IMG/VR virus record: IMGVR_UViG_3300044516_000053
Span: 1-50,672 of that record
DNA length: 50,672 nucleotides
Origin: a virus
Lineage: Duplodnaviria; Caudoviricetes
Strand: one strand, 5' to 3'
The notes beneath the pieces are model-generated. The model saw only the letters and a list, made by a program, of their open reading frames with translations, did no database searches and was not told where the DNA came from. Positions 16,640 to 24,411 of the stretch are shown in pieces. Position 1 is the first letter of the stretch. The number at the start of each line of letters is the position of its first letter. A program made the translations under genes and the position numbers.

Positions 16640-17158
16640 ATGGCAAATACCACATTCAACGGCCCAGTTCGCTCCGAGAACGGCTTTCAAGACATCACCG
16701 TTAACGCCACCACTGGCGCTGTTACCGTGGACGCCACCTTTGGCGCAACCACAAGCGTGACCAACCTGACAACCACCAATCTGGTTTTTACCGACCAGAA
16801 CCACCCTTCGACTGCCGCAATCAACGCCACCGCAACCGCCACTGCGGCTGAAGTTGCAACCGGCTACATCACTTCCACTTCGGCCTCTCCGACCACCATC
16901 ACACTGCCCACCGGCACGTTGCTGGGCGCGGCTATTGGTGCGGCTAGGGGCACTGTGCTGGAACTGTACGTGGACAACACCGCCGGTGCGAGCACCGTGA
17001 CTATTGCTGTTGCAGTCAACGGTATCTTGTCCACCGCAGCTACTGACACAGCCGGTTCGTTTGGTGACCTGACCATTGCTTCCGGTGTCACCGGTCTGGC
17101 ACGATTCACCATCATGTTCTCCAGCGCCACCGCATACGTGTTCACACGCACTGCCTAA
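16640..17158 (+). CDS. Putative virion structural protein (Thr/Ala-rich)
   Basis: MANTTFNGPVRSENGF N-terminus; beta-rich composition; follows the MCP. Confidence 0.7.
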   Translation: MANTTFNGPVRSENGFQDITVNATTGAVTVDATFGATTSVTNLTTTNLVFTDQNHPSTAAINATATATAAEVATGYITSTSASPTTITLPTGTLLGAAIGAARGTVLELYVDNTAGASTVTIAVAVNGILSTAATDTAGSFGDLTIASGVTGLARFTIMFSSATAYVFTRTA

Positions 17159-17201
17159 TTGATCTCGGGGGCCTCGGCCCCTGTCTTACAGGAGATTAGT
17201 T

Positions 17202-17492
17202 ATGACGATGCAATATGACGTTAAGTCAACCCATAGAAACTCCTCGGGGTCCATTTTTGGCTCCCGGGCGCGTATCAAAGGGTTTTCTATCTGCGCGACT
17301 GCCAGCGCTGCTGGCACGTTGCTGCTGAAGGACGGCGGTTCCGGCGGAACCACGGTGATCGAAATCGACATCCCCTCTAACTCCAACCCGAACTCGTTTT
17401 ATATTTCGGTGCCGGGTGAGGGGGTGCTGTGCTCGACTGACATCTACGCATCGCTGACGAACATCGCCAGCGTCACGGTGTTCTATGGCTAA
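17202..17492 (+). CDS. Conserved hypothetical virion protein
   Basis: MQYDVKS...VPGEGVL...VTVFYG. SD AGGAG. Confidence 0.7.
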   Translation: MTMQYDVKSTHRNSSGSIFGSRARIKGFSICATASAAGTLLLKDGGSGGTTVIEIDIPSNSNPNSFYISVPGEGVLCSTDIYASLTNIASVTVFYG

Positions 17493-17739
17493 GACCGCAG
17501 CATGGACTCGCAAGGAAGGCAAGAACCCCAAAGGCGGTCTGAACGCCAAGGGACGAGCCTCCTACAACGCAGCGAATCCGGGCAAGCCCGGCTTGAAGGC
17601 CCCTCAACCAGAGGGCGGCAAACGCCGCGACTCTTTCTGTGCCCGGATGACTGGCATGAAGAAAAAGCTGACCTCGGAAAAGACCGCGAACGACCCCAAT
17701 AGCCGGATCAACAAGAGCCTTCGGGCTTGGAAATGCTGA
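17485..17739 (+). CDS. Small basic protein (KGGLNAKGRASYN...SFCARM...LRAWKC)
   Basis: Lys/Arg-rich, overlaps the upstream gene. Motif type recurrent in phage head regions. Confidence 0.75.
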   Translation: MAKTAAWTRKEGKNPKGGLNAKGRASYNAANPGKPGLKAPQPEGGKRRDSFCARMTGMKKKLTSEKTANDPNSRINKSLRAWKC

Positions 17740-17740
17740 C

Positions 17741-17944
17741 ATGACTGAGAAAACAGAGACTGTTAAAAACGTGCTGGACTTCGTGGCCGTGTTCACGGCG
17801 ATTGGCTCTTTCTTGCAGATTCTTACCCCGGTGTTTGGTCTGATCGGCGCTATCGTGGGCGTCATGCGCATCTACGAGATGGCGACCGGGAAAGAGTTTT
17901 CTATGCTTTGGCGCAAGAAGGCAGAAGATGCCGAGCACAAGTAA
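17741..17944 (+). CDS. Small membrane protein
   Basis: Hydrophobic stretch VLDFVAVFTAIGSFLQILTPVFGLIGAIVGVM. Confidence 0.65.
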   Translation: MTEKTETVKNVLDFVAVFTAIGSFLQILTPVFGLIGAIVGVMRIYEMATGKEFSMLWRKKAEDAEHK

Positions 17945-18320
17945 GAAGCAGCACAACTTTATGGCAGCGGTGGCTAACAGCCCCGCGTTTGCCAAGAAGG
18001 CCGGAGTCCCTACGAGTGCGGGGAAAGACTTCATCAACGCGGACAAGGGCCGCAAATTTAAAGAAGGTGGCGATATGAAAGAGTCTAAGGCGATGGTTGC
18101 CAAAGAGATGGCCTTCATGAAGAAGAAGGGCGCTCCCAAGTCCATGATCAAGCATGAGATGGGCGAGATGAAGATGGCTAAGGGTAAACCCTTTGCCAAG
18201 GGCGGCATGACCAAGATGGGTGCTGTGAAGACTGCCGCCCCCAGCAAAGACGGTGTTGCTGTCAAAGGCAAGACTCAGGGCAAGATGGTCAAGATGAACT
18301 ACGGCGGCAAAGCCTGCTGA
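17928..18320 (+). CDS. Basic Met/Lys-rich protein with three xxxGG motifs and a degenerate C-terminal tag
   Basis: FKEGG, FAKGG, MNYGG; KDGVAVKGKTQGKMV. Confidence 0.75.
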   Translation: MPSTSKKQHNFMAAVANSPAFAKKAGVPTSAGKDFINADKGRKFKEGGDMKESKAMVAKEMAFMKKKGAPKSMIKHEMGEMKMAKGKPFAKGGMTKMGAVKTAAPSKDGVAVKGKTQGKMVKMNYGGKAC

Positions 18321-18332
18321 TAGGGGAAGAGC

Positions 18333-19466
18333 ATGGGAAAACGCACAGGACAACTAGCTGGCCTTGCTGCACTTGGTGCGTTGGGCTACATGCTCTCCCG
18401 AGACAAGAAGGGTGAGTCTTCTAAGTCTGAAACTCGCTTTTCTGCTCCCAGCGCTAGATCAATGCCTGCGGCAGAGCGACCTGCCCCCATGGCAAGAATG
18501 GTTGACAACGGGGATGATCGGGATGTTGGTGGTGGTTTTAACCCGGCTGGTCTCCGTCGCAACATGGAAACGGGTGAGGTGTATGACCCGGGTACAGTCT
18601 CAAATCAAGCTGTTGCAGCCCCTGTAGCTTCCAAGGCTCCCGTTCGCGCCGCCCCTGCTGCCGCCCGAGCCGCAACCCCTGCTGCCGCCCCTGCCGCAGC
18701 CCCTTCTGACGCCAGCAAAACGCCCGCAGTAAGTGACACATCTCCTGATGAGTCTCGTAGCGGGCGGATGACATCTGCTCCAGAGTCCGATGACGTGCCC
18801 GGTGCAGCCGCTGCGGTAGCTCGGTTTAAACAGGAAACGGCAGGCATGCCCCCAGCAATTGCGCAGGGCCGTGCTCCGATGACTAAACGTCAACCAGTTG
18901 TCAACACGTATACCCGCAAGATGGGCGCTCAAGCTGGCGAGGCCGAAGCGTATCGTGCGGCACAAGCAGCCCGTGCTGGTAAAGACAATCGTCCAGACCT
19001 GTCTACGCCAGAGGGCCGCAAGCGGGCAGAACAAGCGCAAGGTTTGGAAAGGGTGTACCCGGAACAGGCAATGATTGCCCCGGGTGTCAAAGGTGTTGCG
19101 GCCTTGGCTAAGGGTCTTGCCAATCGCTCCCCCCGGCTGTCAGAAATGACGATGCAGTCTCTTCCGGCTCCGACAGCACGACTTACAGGACCTAGCGCAT
19201 CGGCTCTAAAAGAAGCTGAACGTGCAAAACGCGCAGCAACACGTCAAGCTGAAATGCGGGCTGAAAATGCATCCCGCTACGGACTTGATACTACATCTCC
19301 GGGCGCAAGGGCTCTGCGCAACAAGATTGATGGAGAAGGGTTTGTTTTGAGGAAAAATGGCGGCGCAGTCAAGAAGATGGCTTCTGGCGGCATGACTGTT
19401 TCCAAAGCATCGTCTCGCGCAGATGGTATTGCCCAGCGCGGCAAGACCCGTGGCAAAATTTGTTAA
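18333..19466 (+). CDS. Low-complexity protein, N-terminal hydrophobic helix, C-terminal tag (type A)
   Basis: Ends KKMASGG...RADGIAQRGKTRGKIC. Confidence 0.75.
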   Translation: MGKRTGQLAGLAALGALGYMLSRDKKGESSKSETRFSAPSARSMPAAERPAPMARMVDNGDDRDVGGGFNPAGLRRNMETGEVYDPGTVSNQAVAAPVASKAPVRAAPAAARAATPAAAPAAAPSDASKTPAVSDTSPDESRSGRMTSAPESDDVPGAAAAVARFKQETAGMPPAIAQGRAPMTKRQPVVNTYTRKMGAQAGEAEAYRAAQAARAGKDNRPDLSTPEGRKRAEQAQGLERVYPEQAMIAPGVKGVAALAKGLANRSPRLSEMTMQSLPAPTARLTGPSASALKEAERAKRAATRQAEMRAENASRYGLDTTSPGARALRNKIDGEGFVLRKNGGAVKKMASGGMTVSKASSRADGIAQRGKTRGKIC

Positions 19467-19474
19467 GGTAACCT

Positions 19475-19687
19475 ATGTCACGTCCTACCCCCCAAGAGAT
19501 TCAAGACATTCGGGATCAGGCCAAGACTGACAAGGCGTATGAAGACTCCTTGCGATTGACTGCTCCTGCTCCTGCCGCCTCGGCTCCTAAGCCTGCTGCA
19601 TCTCGGCCAGTTAAAAGGGCTGGTGGTGGTGTCACCCGTGCAGACGGCTGCATTACCAAGGGCCACACCAAAGGCAGGATGATCTAA
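19475..19687 (+). CDS. Small protein with C-terminal tag (type B)
   Basis: Ends KRAGGGVTRADGCITKGHTKGRMI. Confidence 0.75.
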   Translation: MSRPTPQEIQDIRDQAKTDKAYEDSLRLTAPAPAASAPKPAASRPVKRAGGGVTRADGCITKGHTKGRMI

Positions 19688-19696
19688 GGATTGATC

Positions 19697-19912
19697 ATGG
19701 CAGAAGAGAAGCCTCGCATGATGACCCTGAAGAAGTTGTACGAGGAAATGACAACTTCTCCTGCCAAGATGTCCATGGGTCACACCACCCAAAAAATGGA
19801 TATTGCCGACAGTATGTTTGACGCACCCAAGGCCAAGAAGATGGCTAAGGGTGGTTGCTGCCGGGGCGATGGTATTGCTCAGCGCGGCAAGACGAAAGGC
19901 AGGATGGTGTAA
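19697..19912 (+). CDS. Small protein with C-terminal tag (type A)
   Basis: Ends KKMAKGGCCRGDGIAQRGKTKGRMV. SD AAGGA. Confidence 0.75.
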   Translation: MAEEKPRMMTLKKLYEEMTTSPAKMSMGHTTQKMDIADSMFDAPKAKKMAKGGCCRGDGIAQRGKTKGRMV

Positions 19913-20280
19913 TGGCTAAAGGCAGGAAAACAGCAGCGTTGCTTGGGGTTCTTGGCGCTGGCCTTGCGGCCAGCAAGCTTGGCAATGTGTCTTTGGGTCA
20001 ACTCGACCCTGACCGTGCAGATGTCGTTGATGAAGCCAAGCGCAAGTACGGCTTCAAAGGGGCGTTGGAATATTTTGACAACCCCTACCGCAAAGTTACC
20101 GATGCCGAGCGCGAGCAGGCTCGCCGCCGCGCTTTCAAAGACAGCCCGACCACGGTACTGACCGAGAGCGGCCTTCCGATTGAGACGGCGGGCGGCTACC
20201 TGAAGACGTACAAAAAGGGCGGTGTCACCCGTGCGGATGGATGCATCACCAAGGGTCATACTCGCGGGAAAATGGTATGA
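19912..20280 (+). CDS. Protein with N-terminal hydrophobic helix and C-terminal tag (type B)
   Basis: TAATG-coupled start MAKGRKTAALLGVLGAG; ends YKKGGVTRADGCITKGHTRGKMV. Confidence 0.75.
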   Translation: MAKGRKTAALLGVLGAGLAASKLGNVSLGQLDPDRADVVDEAKRKYGFKGALEYFDNPYRKVTDAEREQARRRAFKDSPTTVLTESGLPIETAGGYLKTYKKGGVTRADGCITKGHTRGKMV

Positions 20281-20555
20281 GAGCCAGCCGAGGCATGGGT
20301 GCAATCAACCCCAGCAAGATGCCAAAGAAGAAGGTCATCCGGCGCAAGGACGACCCTAACTCTGTGGACATGTATGCCGATGGTGGCAGTGTAAACGCTG
20401 CGGGCAACTATACTAAGCCAAGCCTGCGCAAGCGGATTGTGTCTCAGGTAAAGGCTGCTGCTACGCATGGCACCGGGGCAGGCCAGTGGTCCGCCCGTAA
20501 GGCTCAGCTTGTTGCCAAGAAGTACAAGGCAGCAGGCGGGGGGTATAGAGATTGA
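20277..20555 (+). CDS. Basic protein, DUF5872-like N-terminal half
   Basis: ATGA-coupled start. YADGG, then YTKPSLR...GQWSARKAQLVAKKYKAAGGGYRD. Confidence 0.7.
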   Translation: MRASRGMGAINPSKMPKKKVIRRKDDPNSVDMYADGGSVNAAGNYTKPSLRKRIVSQVKAAATHGTGAGQWSARKAQLVAKKYKAAGGGYRD

Positions 20556-20785
20556 AAGCGCCGCAGCAGTCATTGAAGGCTTGGGGCGACCAGAAGTGGA
20601 GAACCAAGAGTGGCAAACCGTCTAGTAAAACTGGTGAGCGATACCTTCCGGAGGCTGCTATCAAGGCTCTCAGCCCGGCTGAATACGCTGCGACAACCCG
20701 GGCCAAAAGAGCAGGTAAAGCCGCCGGAAAACAATTTGTGAAGCAGCCCAAAGGCATAGCTAAGAAAACAGCAGGGTTCCGATAA
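20552..20785 (+). CDS. Basic protein, DUF5872-like C-terminal half
   Basis: TTG start overlapping the upstream TGA. SLKAWGDQKWRTK...RYLPEAAI...GKQFV. Confidence 0.7.
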   Translation: MKAPQQSLKAWGDQKWRTKSGKPSSKTGERYLPEAAIKALSPAEYAATTRAKRAGKAAGKQFVKQPKGIAKKTAGFR

Positions 20786-21720
20786 TGGCAGTCACATCCG
20801 GCGCAAGCAGTTTTAACCTCGACCTCTCTGAGATCGTTGAGGAGGCTTTCGAGCGCTGTGGCTCGGAACTTCGCACGGGTTATGACCTGAAGACTGCCCG
20901 CCGGTCCTTGAACCTGATGTTCGCTGACTGGGCCAACCGGGGGGTCAACATGTGGACGTTTGAGCAAGGGACTATCCCCCTTGTTCAGGGGCAGAACACC
21001 TATGCCCTACCCAACGACACGGTTGACCTCCTTGAGCACGTTATCCGCACGGGGGCGGGAGCAGCCTCGACGCAGGCAGACCTGACCATTACCCGGATCA
21101 GTGTCTCCACCTACGCCACGATCCCTAACAAGCTACAGCAGGCCCGGCCTATCCAGATTTGGGTCCAAAGGTACAACGGGCAGAACTCCACCACAGGGCT
21201 AACTATCTCTGGTGGCACTCTCTCGGCCAGCAACACGACCGTTACTCTTAGCTCCACCGTGGGTCTTCCTGCCACGGGTTTTATCAAGGTTGATAACGAG
21301 ATCATCAACTACGGGGCCATCAGCGGGAATACCCTGACTAGCTGCTCGCGGGGACAGGACAACACCACTGCCGCCAGCCACACCAATGGCACGGCTGTGT
21401 ACTGGGCGCAGGTTCCTGCCGTCACTGTATGGCCTACCCCGGATGGCTCGCAGAGCTATCAGTTGATCTACTGGCGGCTGCGGCGTACCCAAGACGCAGG
21501 TGATGGTGTAAACGTCATGGACGTGCCGTTCCGGTTCATCCCCTGCATGGTTGCCGGGCTGGCCTACTACCTGTCCATGAAGGTCACTGGCGCGGGGGAT
21601 CGGATGCAGATGCTCAAGGCGCAGTACGACGAGGCATGGACCCTCGCCTCTGATGAGGACCGGGAGAAGGCTGCCATCCGATTTGTTCCCCGCCGGGCAT
21701 ATATCGGGGGCAGCACCTAA
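20785..21720 (+). CDS. Head-tail adaptor-like protein with an inserted beta domain
   Basis: EEAFERCG...TARRSLNL...WANRG and PFRFIPCMVAGLAYYLS. Insert of about 70 aa (TLSASNTT...CSRGQDNTTAASH). Confidence 0.65.
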   Translation: MAVTSGASSFNLDLSEIVEEAFERCGSELRTGYDLKTARRSLNLMFADWANRGVNMWTFEQGTIPLVQGQNTYALPNDTVDLLEHVIRTGAGAASTQADLTITRISVSTYATIPNKLQQARPIQIWVQRYNGQNSTTGLTISGGTLSASNTTVTLSSTVGLPATGFIKVDNEIINYGAISGNTLTSCSRGQDNTTAASHTNGTAVYWAQVPAVTVWPTPDGSQSYQLIYWRLRRTQDAGDGVNVMDVPFRFIPCMVAGLAYYLSMKVTGAGDRMQMLKAQYDEAWTLASDEDREKAAIRFVPRRAYIGGST

Positions 21721-22110
21721 ATGGCAAACAGGTTTGCCTCTGGCAAGAATGCGATTGCTATGTGTGATCGCTGCGGCCAGAGATTTAAACTGACGCAGTT
21801 AAAGACAGAGGTCATCAAGACCAAGCTGTACCAACTGCTTGTCTGCCATGAATGCTGGGACCCAGACCACCCGCAGCTTCAGTTGGGTATGTATCCTGTG
21901 GATGATCCACAAGGTCTCAGGAACCCCCGCCCGGACAGTACATATCAGATTGCCGGTACAGGCCCTGATGGTTACACTACAGGGGGTAGCCGGGTTATCC
22001 AGTGGGGATGGAATCCCGTAGGTGGATCATCGTTTTTTGATGCAGCACTGACACCTAACAATCTAGTGTTGTCTGTGCAAATTGGCGCAGTCACGGTTGC
22101 AACGACATAA
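21721..22110 (+). CDS. Zn-binding protein (CDRCG...CHECWD)
   Basis: Two CxxC motifs and DPQGLRNPRPD. Confidence 0.7.
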   Translation: MANRFASGKNAIAMCDRCGQRFKLTQLKTEVIKTKLYQLLVCHECWDPDHPQLQLGMYPVDDPQGLRNPRPDSTYQIAGTGPDGYTTGGSRVIQWGWNPVGGSSFFDAALTPNNLVLSVQIGAVTVATT

Positions 22111-22120
22111 GGAGTCGATC

Positions 22121-22285
22121 ATGGACGGAAAGACCGCCGTGCGAAAGCACGAAAAGAACATGCACCCCGGCAAGACGCCGACGAAGATGAAGGCGGGTGG
22201 CAAGACCAACGCCGACATGCTCAAGTACGGGCGCAACATGGCTAAGGTCATGAACCAGCGCAGCACCGGTCGCAAGGGAGGCTGA
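22121..22285 (+). CDS. Small basic protein with MKAGG motif
   Basis: SD AAGGAG. MDGKTAVRKHEKNMHPGK..TKMKAGG. Confidence 0.7.
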   Translation: MDGKTAVRKHEKNMHPGKTPTKMKAGGKTNADMLKYGRNMAKVMNQRSTGRKGG

Positions 22286-22286
22286 T

Positions 22287-22484
22287 ATGGCAACGTACAA
22301 GCAACCCAAGAAGATGGCGGCTCCTGTTGTGGGCCAGATGCCGGTCAAAGAGGCGCTCAAGAAGAACGTCTCCGTGGCTAACGAGCGTTCAAACGAATAC
22401 GACGGGGTGAAGACCTCGGGCATCAAGATTCGTGGCACTGGCGCAGCTACCAAAGGTGTGATGGCTCGCGGGCCCATGGCTTGA
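22287..22484 (+). CDS. Small basic protein with tag-like C-terminus
   Basis: SD GGAGG. Ends IRGTGAATKGVMARGPMA. Confidence 0.7.
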   Translation: MATYKQPKKMAAPVVGQMPVKEALKKNVSVANERSNEYDGVKTSGIKIRGTGAATKGVMARGPMA

Positions 22485-22491
22485 GGTTTAA

Positions 22492-23199
22492 ATGAACTAC
22501 GCCGCGTTGGTCACTGCTATTCAGGACTACACTGAGAACACGTTCGATTACTCGACTAATCCGTCGATCATCAACACGTTTATCAAGCAGGCCGAGCAGC
22601 GCATCTACAACACGGTGCAGTTCCCGGTACTCCGCAGGAACGTCACTGGCTCCACATCCTCCAGCAACAAGTACTTGTCCTGCCCGGGCGACTTCCTGTC
22701 CGTCTATTCGATGGCTGTGATTGATGCGTCGGGCAACTACGAGTACTTGCTGAACAAGGATGTGAGCTTCATCCGTCAGGCGTACCCCAACCCCAGCACT
22801 ACGGGCATCCCCAAGTACTATGCGCTGTTCGGCCCCACGACCACCAGCGGTCCTAGCCCTGTGTTGACGGACGAGTTGAGCTTCATCCTTGGCCCCACGC
22901 CAGATGCCGTTTACAGCGTCGAGCTGCACTACTTCTTCTATCCTGAGTCGATCACGGTTGCTGCGGACGGTCAGACTTGGCTGGGTGATAACTTCGACAC
23001 GGTGCTGCTCTACGGTTCGCTGGTGGAGGCGTACACCTACATGAAGGGTGAGACGGACATGATGGCCCTGTACTCTCAGAGGTACAGCGAGGCTCTGTCG
23101 CAGGCCAAGCGTCTGGGTGATGGTCTGGAGCGCAGCGATGCGTATCGCAGTGGTCAGGCTCGCATGGCTCCTCTACCTCAGAATAACGGAGTTGCCTGA
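22492..23199 (+). CDS. Tail adaptor/tubular-A-like protein
   Basis: FIKQAEQRI, G.PKYY, GPTPD, LLYGSLVEAYTYMKG motifs. Confidence 0.7.
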   Translation: MNYAALVTAIQDYTENTFDYSTNPSIINTFIKQAEQRIYNTVQFPVLRRNVTGSTSSSNKYLSCPGDFLSVYSMAVIDASGNYEYLLNKDVSFIRQAYPNPSTTGIPKYYALFGPTTTSGPSPVLTDELSFILGPTPDAVYSVELHYFFYPESITVAADGQTWLGDNFDTVLLYGSLVEAYTYMKGETDMMALYSQRYSEALSQAKRLGDGLERSDAYRSGQARMAPLPQNNGVA

Positions 23200-23621
23200 T
23201 GGCCTTCACAGGTAACTTTGCCTGCAACTCGTTCAAGACGGGGCTGATGAAGGGCACCTTCGACTTCGATGTCGATACCTATTACATCGCCCTGTACACC
23301 AACGCAGCCTCGTTCGATTACACAACCACGGCCTACACCACGACGGGCGAGGTGGTTGCGTCTGGATACACCGCAGGTGGTGAGCCTCTGACGGTAACTG
23401 TGACCCCGACAACCGGGACCACCGGGACGGTGGCCTACATCTCGTTCAGTAATGTCTCGTGGACCGCAGCGTTTACAGCACGCGGTGCGCTCATCTACAA
23501 GCCCGGGGCGGACGGGGCTATGTGCGTGCTAGACTTTGGAAGCGACAAGACTTCCACGACGACATTCACGGTGCAGTTCCCCGCAGCCACCAACACCTCT
23601 GCAATCATCCGAATCGCGTAA
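23199..23621 (+). CDS. Putative tail structural protein
   Basis: SFK.GL, YIALYT, GYTAGG, ARGALIY, VLDFGSDKT motifs. Confidence 0.65.
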   Translation: MAFTGNFACNSFKTGLMKGTFDFDVDTYYIALYTNAASFDYTTTAYTTTGEVVASGYTAGGEPLTVTVTPTTGTTGTVAYISFSNVSWTAAFTARGALIYKPGADGAMCVLDFGSDKTSTTTFTVQFPAATNTSAIIRIA

Positions 23622-23630
23622 GGAGCGACC

Positions 23631-24206
23631 ATGTCTCACGAAATTGCTAAAGCCTCTGATGCTGTTGCTGGCGGTCTGGTCGCTGGTACCCGTCACACCG
23701 AAACTGCCAAGGCCACGGGCCGGTTCCTGATGGAATGCTACGACAAGGACGGCCTACTCAAGTGGTCCGCCGAAGAGAGCAACCTCGTTGTGAACGTCGG
23801 CCTCCAGTACATGGCTGGCACTGCCCTGACCAGCACCACCCAGATTACCACTTGGTACATCGGCCTGTACGGCGCTGGCGCTTCTAACACCCCGGCGGCT
23901 GGTGATACCATGGCTTCCCACGCTGGCTGGACTGAGGTGACCCCGTACTCTGGTGCGCGTCCCACGGCTACCTTTGCTGCGGCTACCAACGCCAACCCCT
24001 CAGTGGTGACCAACAGCGCCTCCCCGGCCTCGTTCTCCATCAACGCCACGCAGACTGTGGGCGGAGCCTTCCTGACCAGCGACAGCACCGCTGGTGGCTC
24101 GACGGGCACTCTGTTCTCTGCCGCTGACTTTCAGTCCCCCGGCGACCGCTCGGTTGTGTCTGGCGACACGCTGAACGTCACCTACACCTTCAGCTTGGCG
24201 GGTTAA
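23631..24206 (+). CDS. Putative tail structural protein
   Basis: NLVVNVG, WYIGL, GTLFSAADF, VVSGDTLNVTYT motifs. SD AAGGAG. Confidence 0.7.
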   Translation: MSHEIAKASDAVAGGLVAGTRHTETAKATGRFLMECYDKDGLLKWSAEESNLVVNVGLQYMAGTALTSTTQITTWYIGLYGAGASNTPAAGDTMASHAGWTEVTPYSGARPTATFAAATNANPSVVTNSASPASFSINATQTVGGAFLTSDSTAGGSTGTLFSAADFQSPGDRSVVSGDTLNVTYTFSLAG

Positions 24207-24213
24207 TGAGGGT

Positions 24214-24411
24214 ATGGTCAAGATCGACTTTGAGTTTGACTCCCAGTACGGCGTCTTTCGGGACGCCCTTCACTTGCCCGAGGATCACGGGCTGAGTGAT
24301 GCTGAGATTCAGGCGCTGAAACAGCAGCGCTTCGACAACTGGCTCGCCATCGTAACCGCCCCCTCCGAAGAACTACCTCCGGTAGAATCGCCCCCTGAAC
24401 CGGGGGTGTAA
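24214..24411 (+). CDS. Small acidic protein (fibre chaperone-like position)
   Basis: 65 aa directly upstream of the giant fibre; FRDALHLP..KQQRFDNW. Confidence 0.6.
   Translation: MVKIDFEFDSQYGVFRDALHLPEDHGLSDAEIQALKQQRFDNWLAIVTAPSEELPPVESPPEPGV

Noticed and set aside
17165-17188. GGGGCC-TC-GGCCCC hairpin as a terminator
   Set aside because: Lacks a convincing U-tract; may be only a stabilising hairpin.
20535-20555. -1 frameshift at the G6 run fusing the two DUF5872-like halves
   Set aside because: The -1 frame has TAG at 20546-20548, between the G-run and the downstream ORF. TTG re-initiation is simpler.
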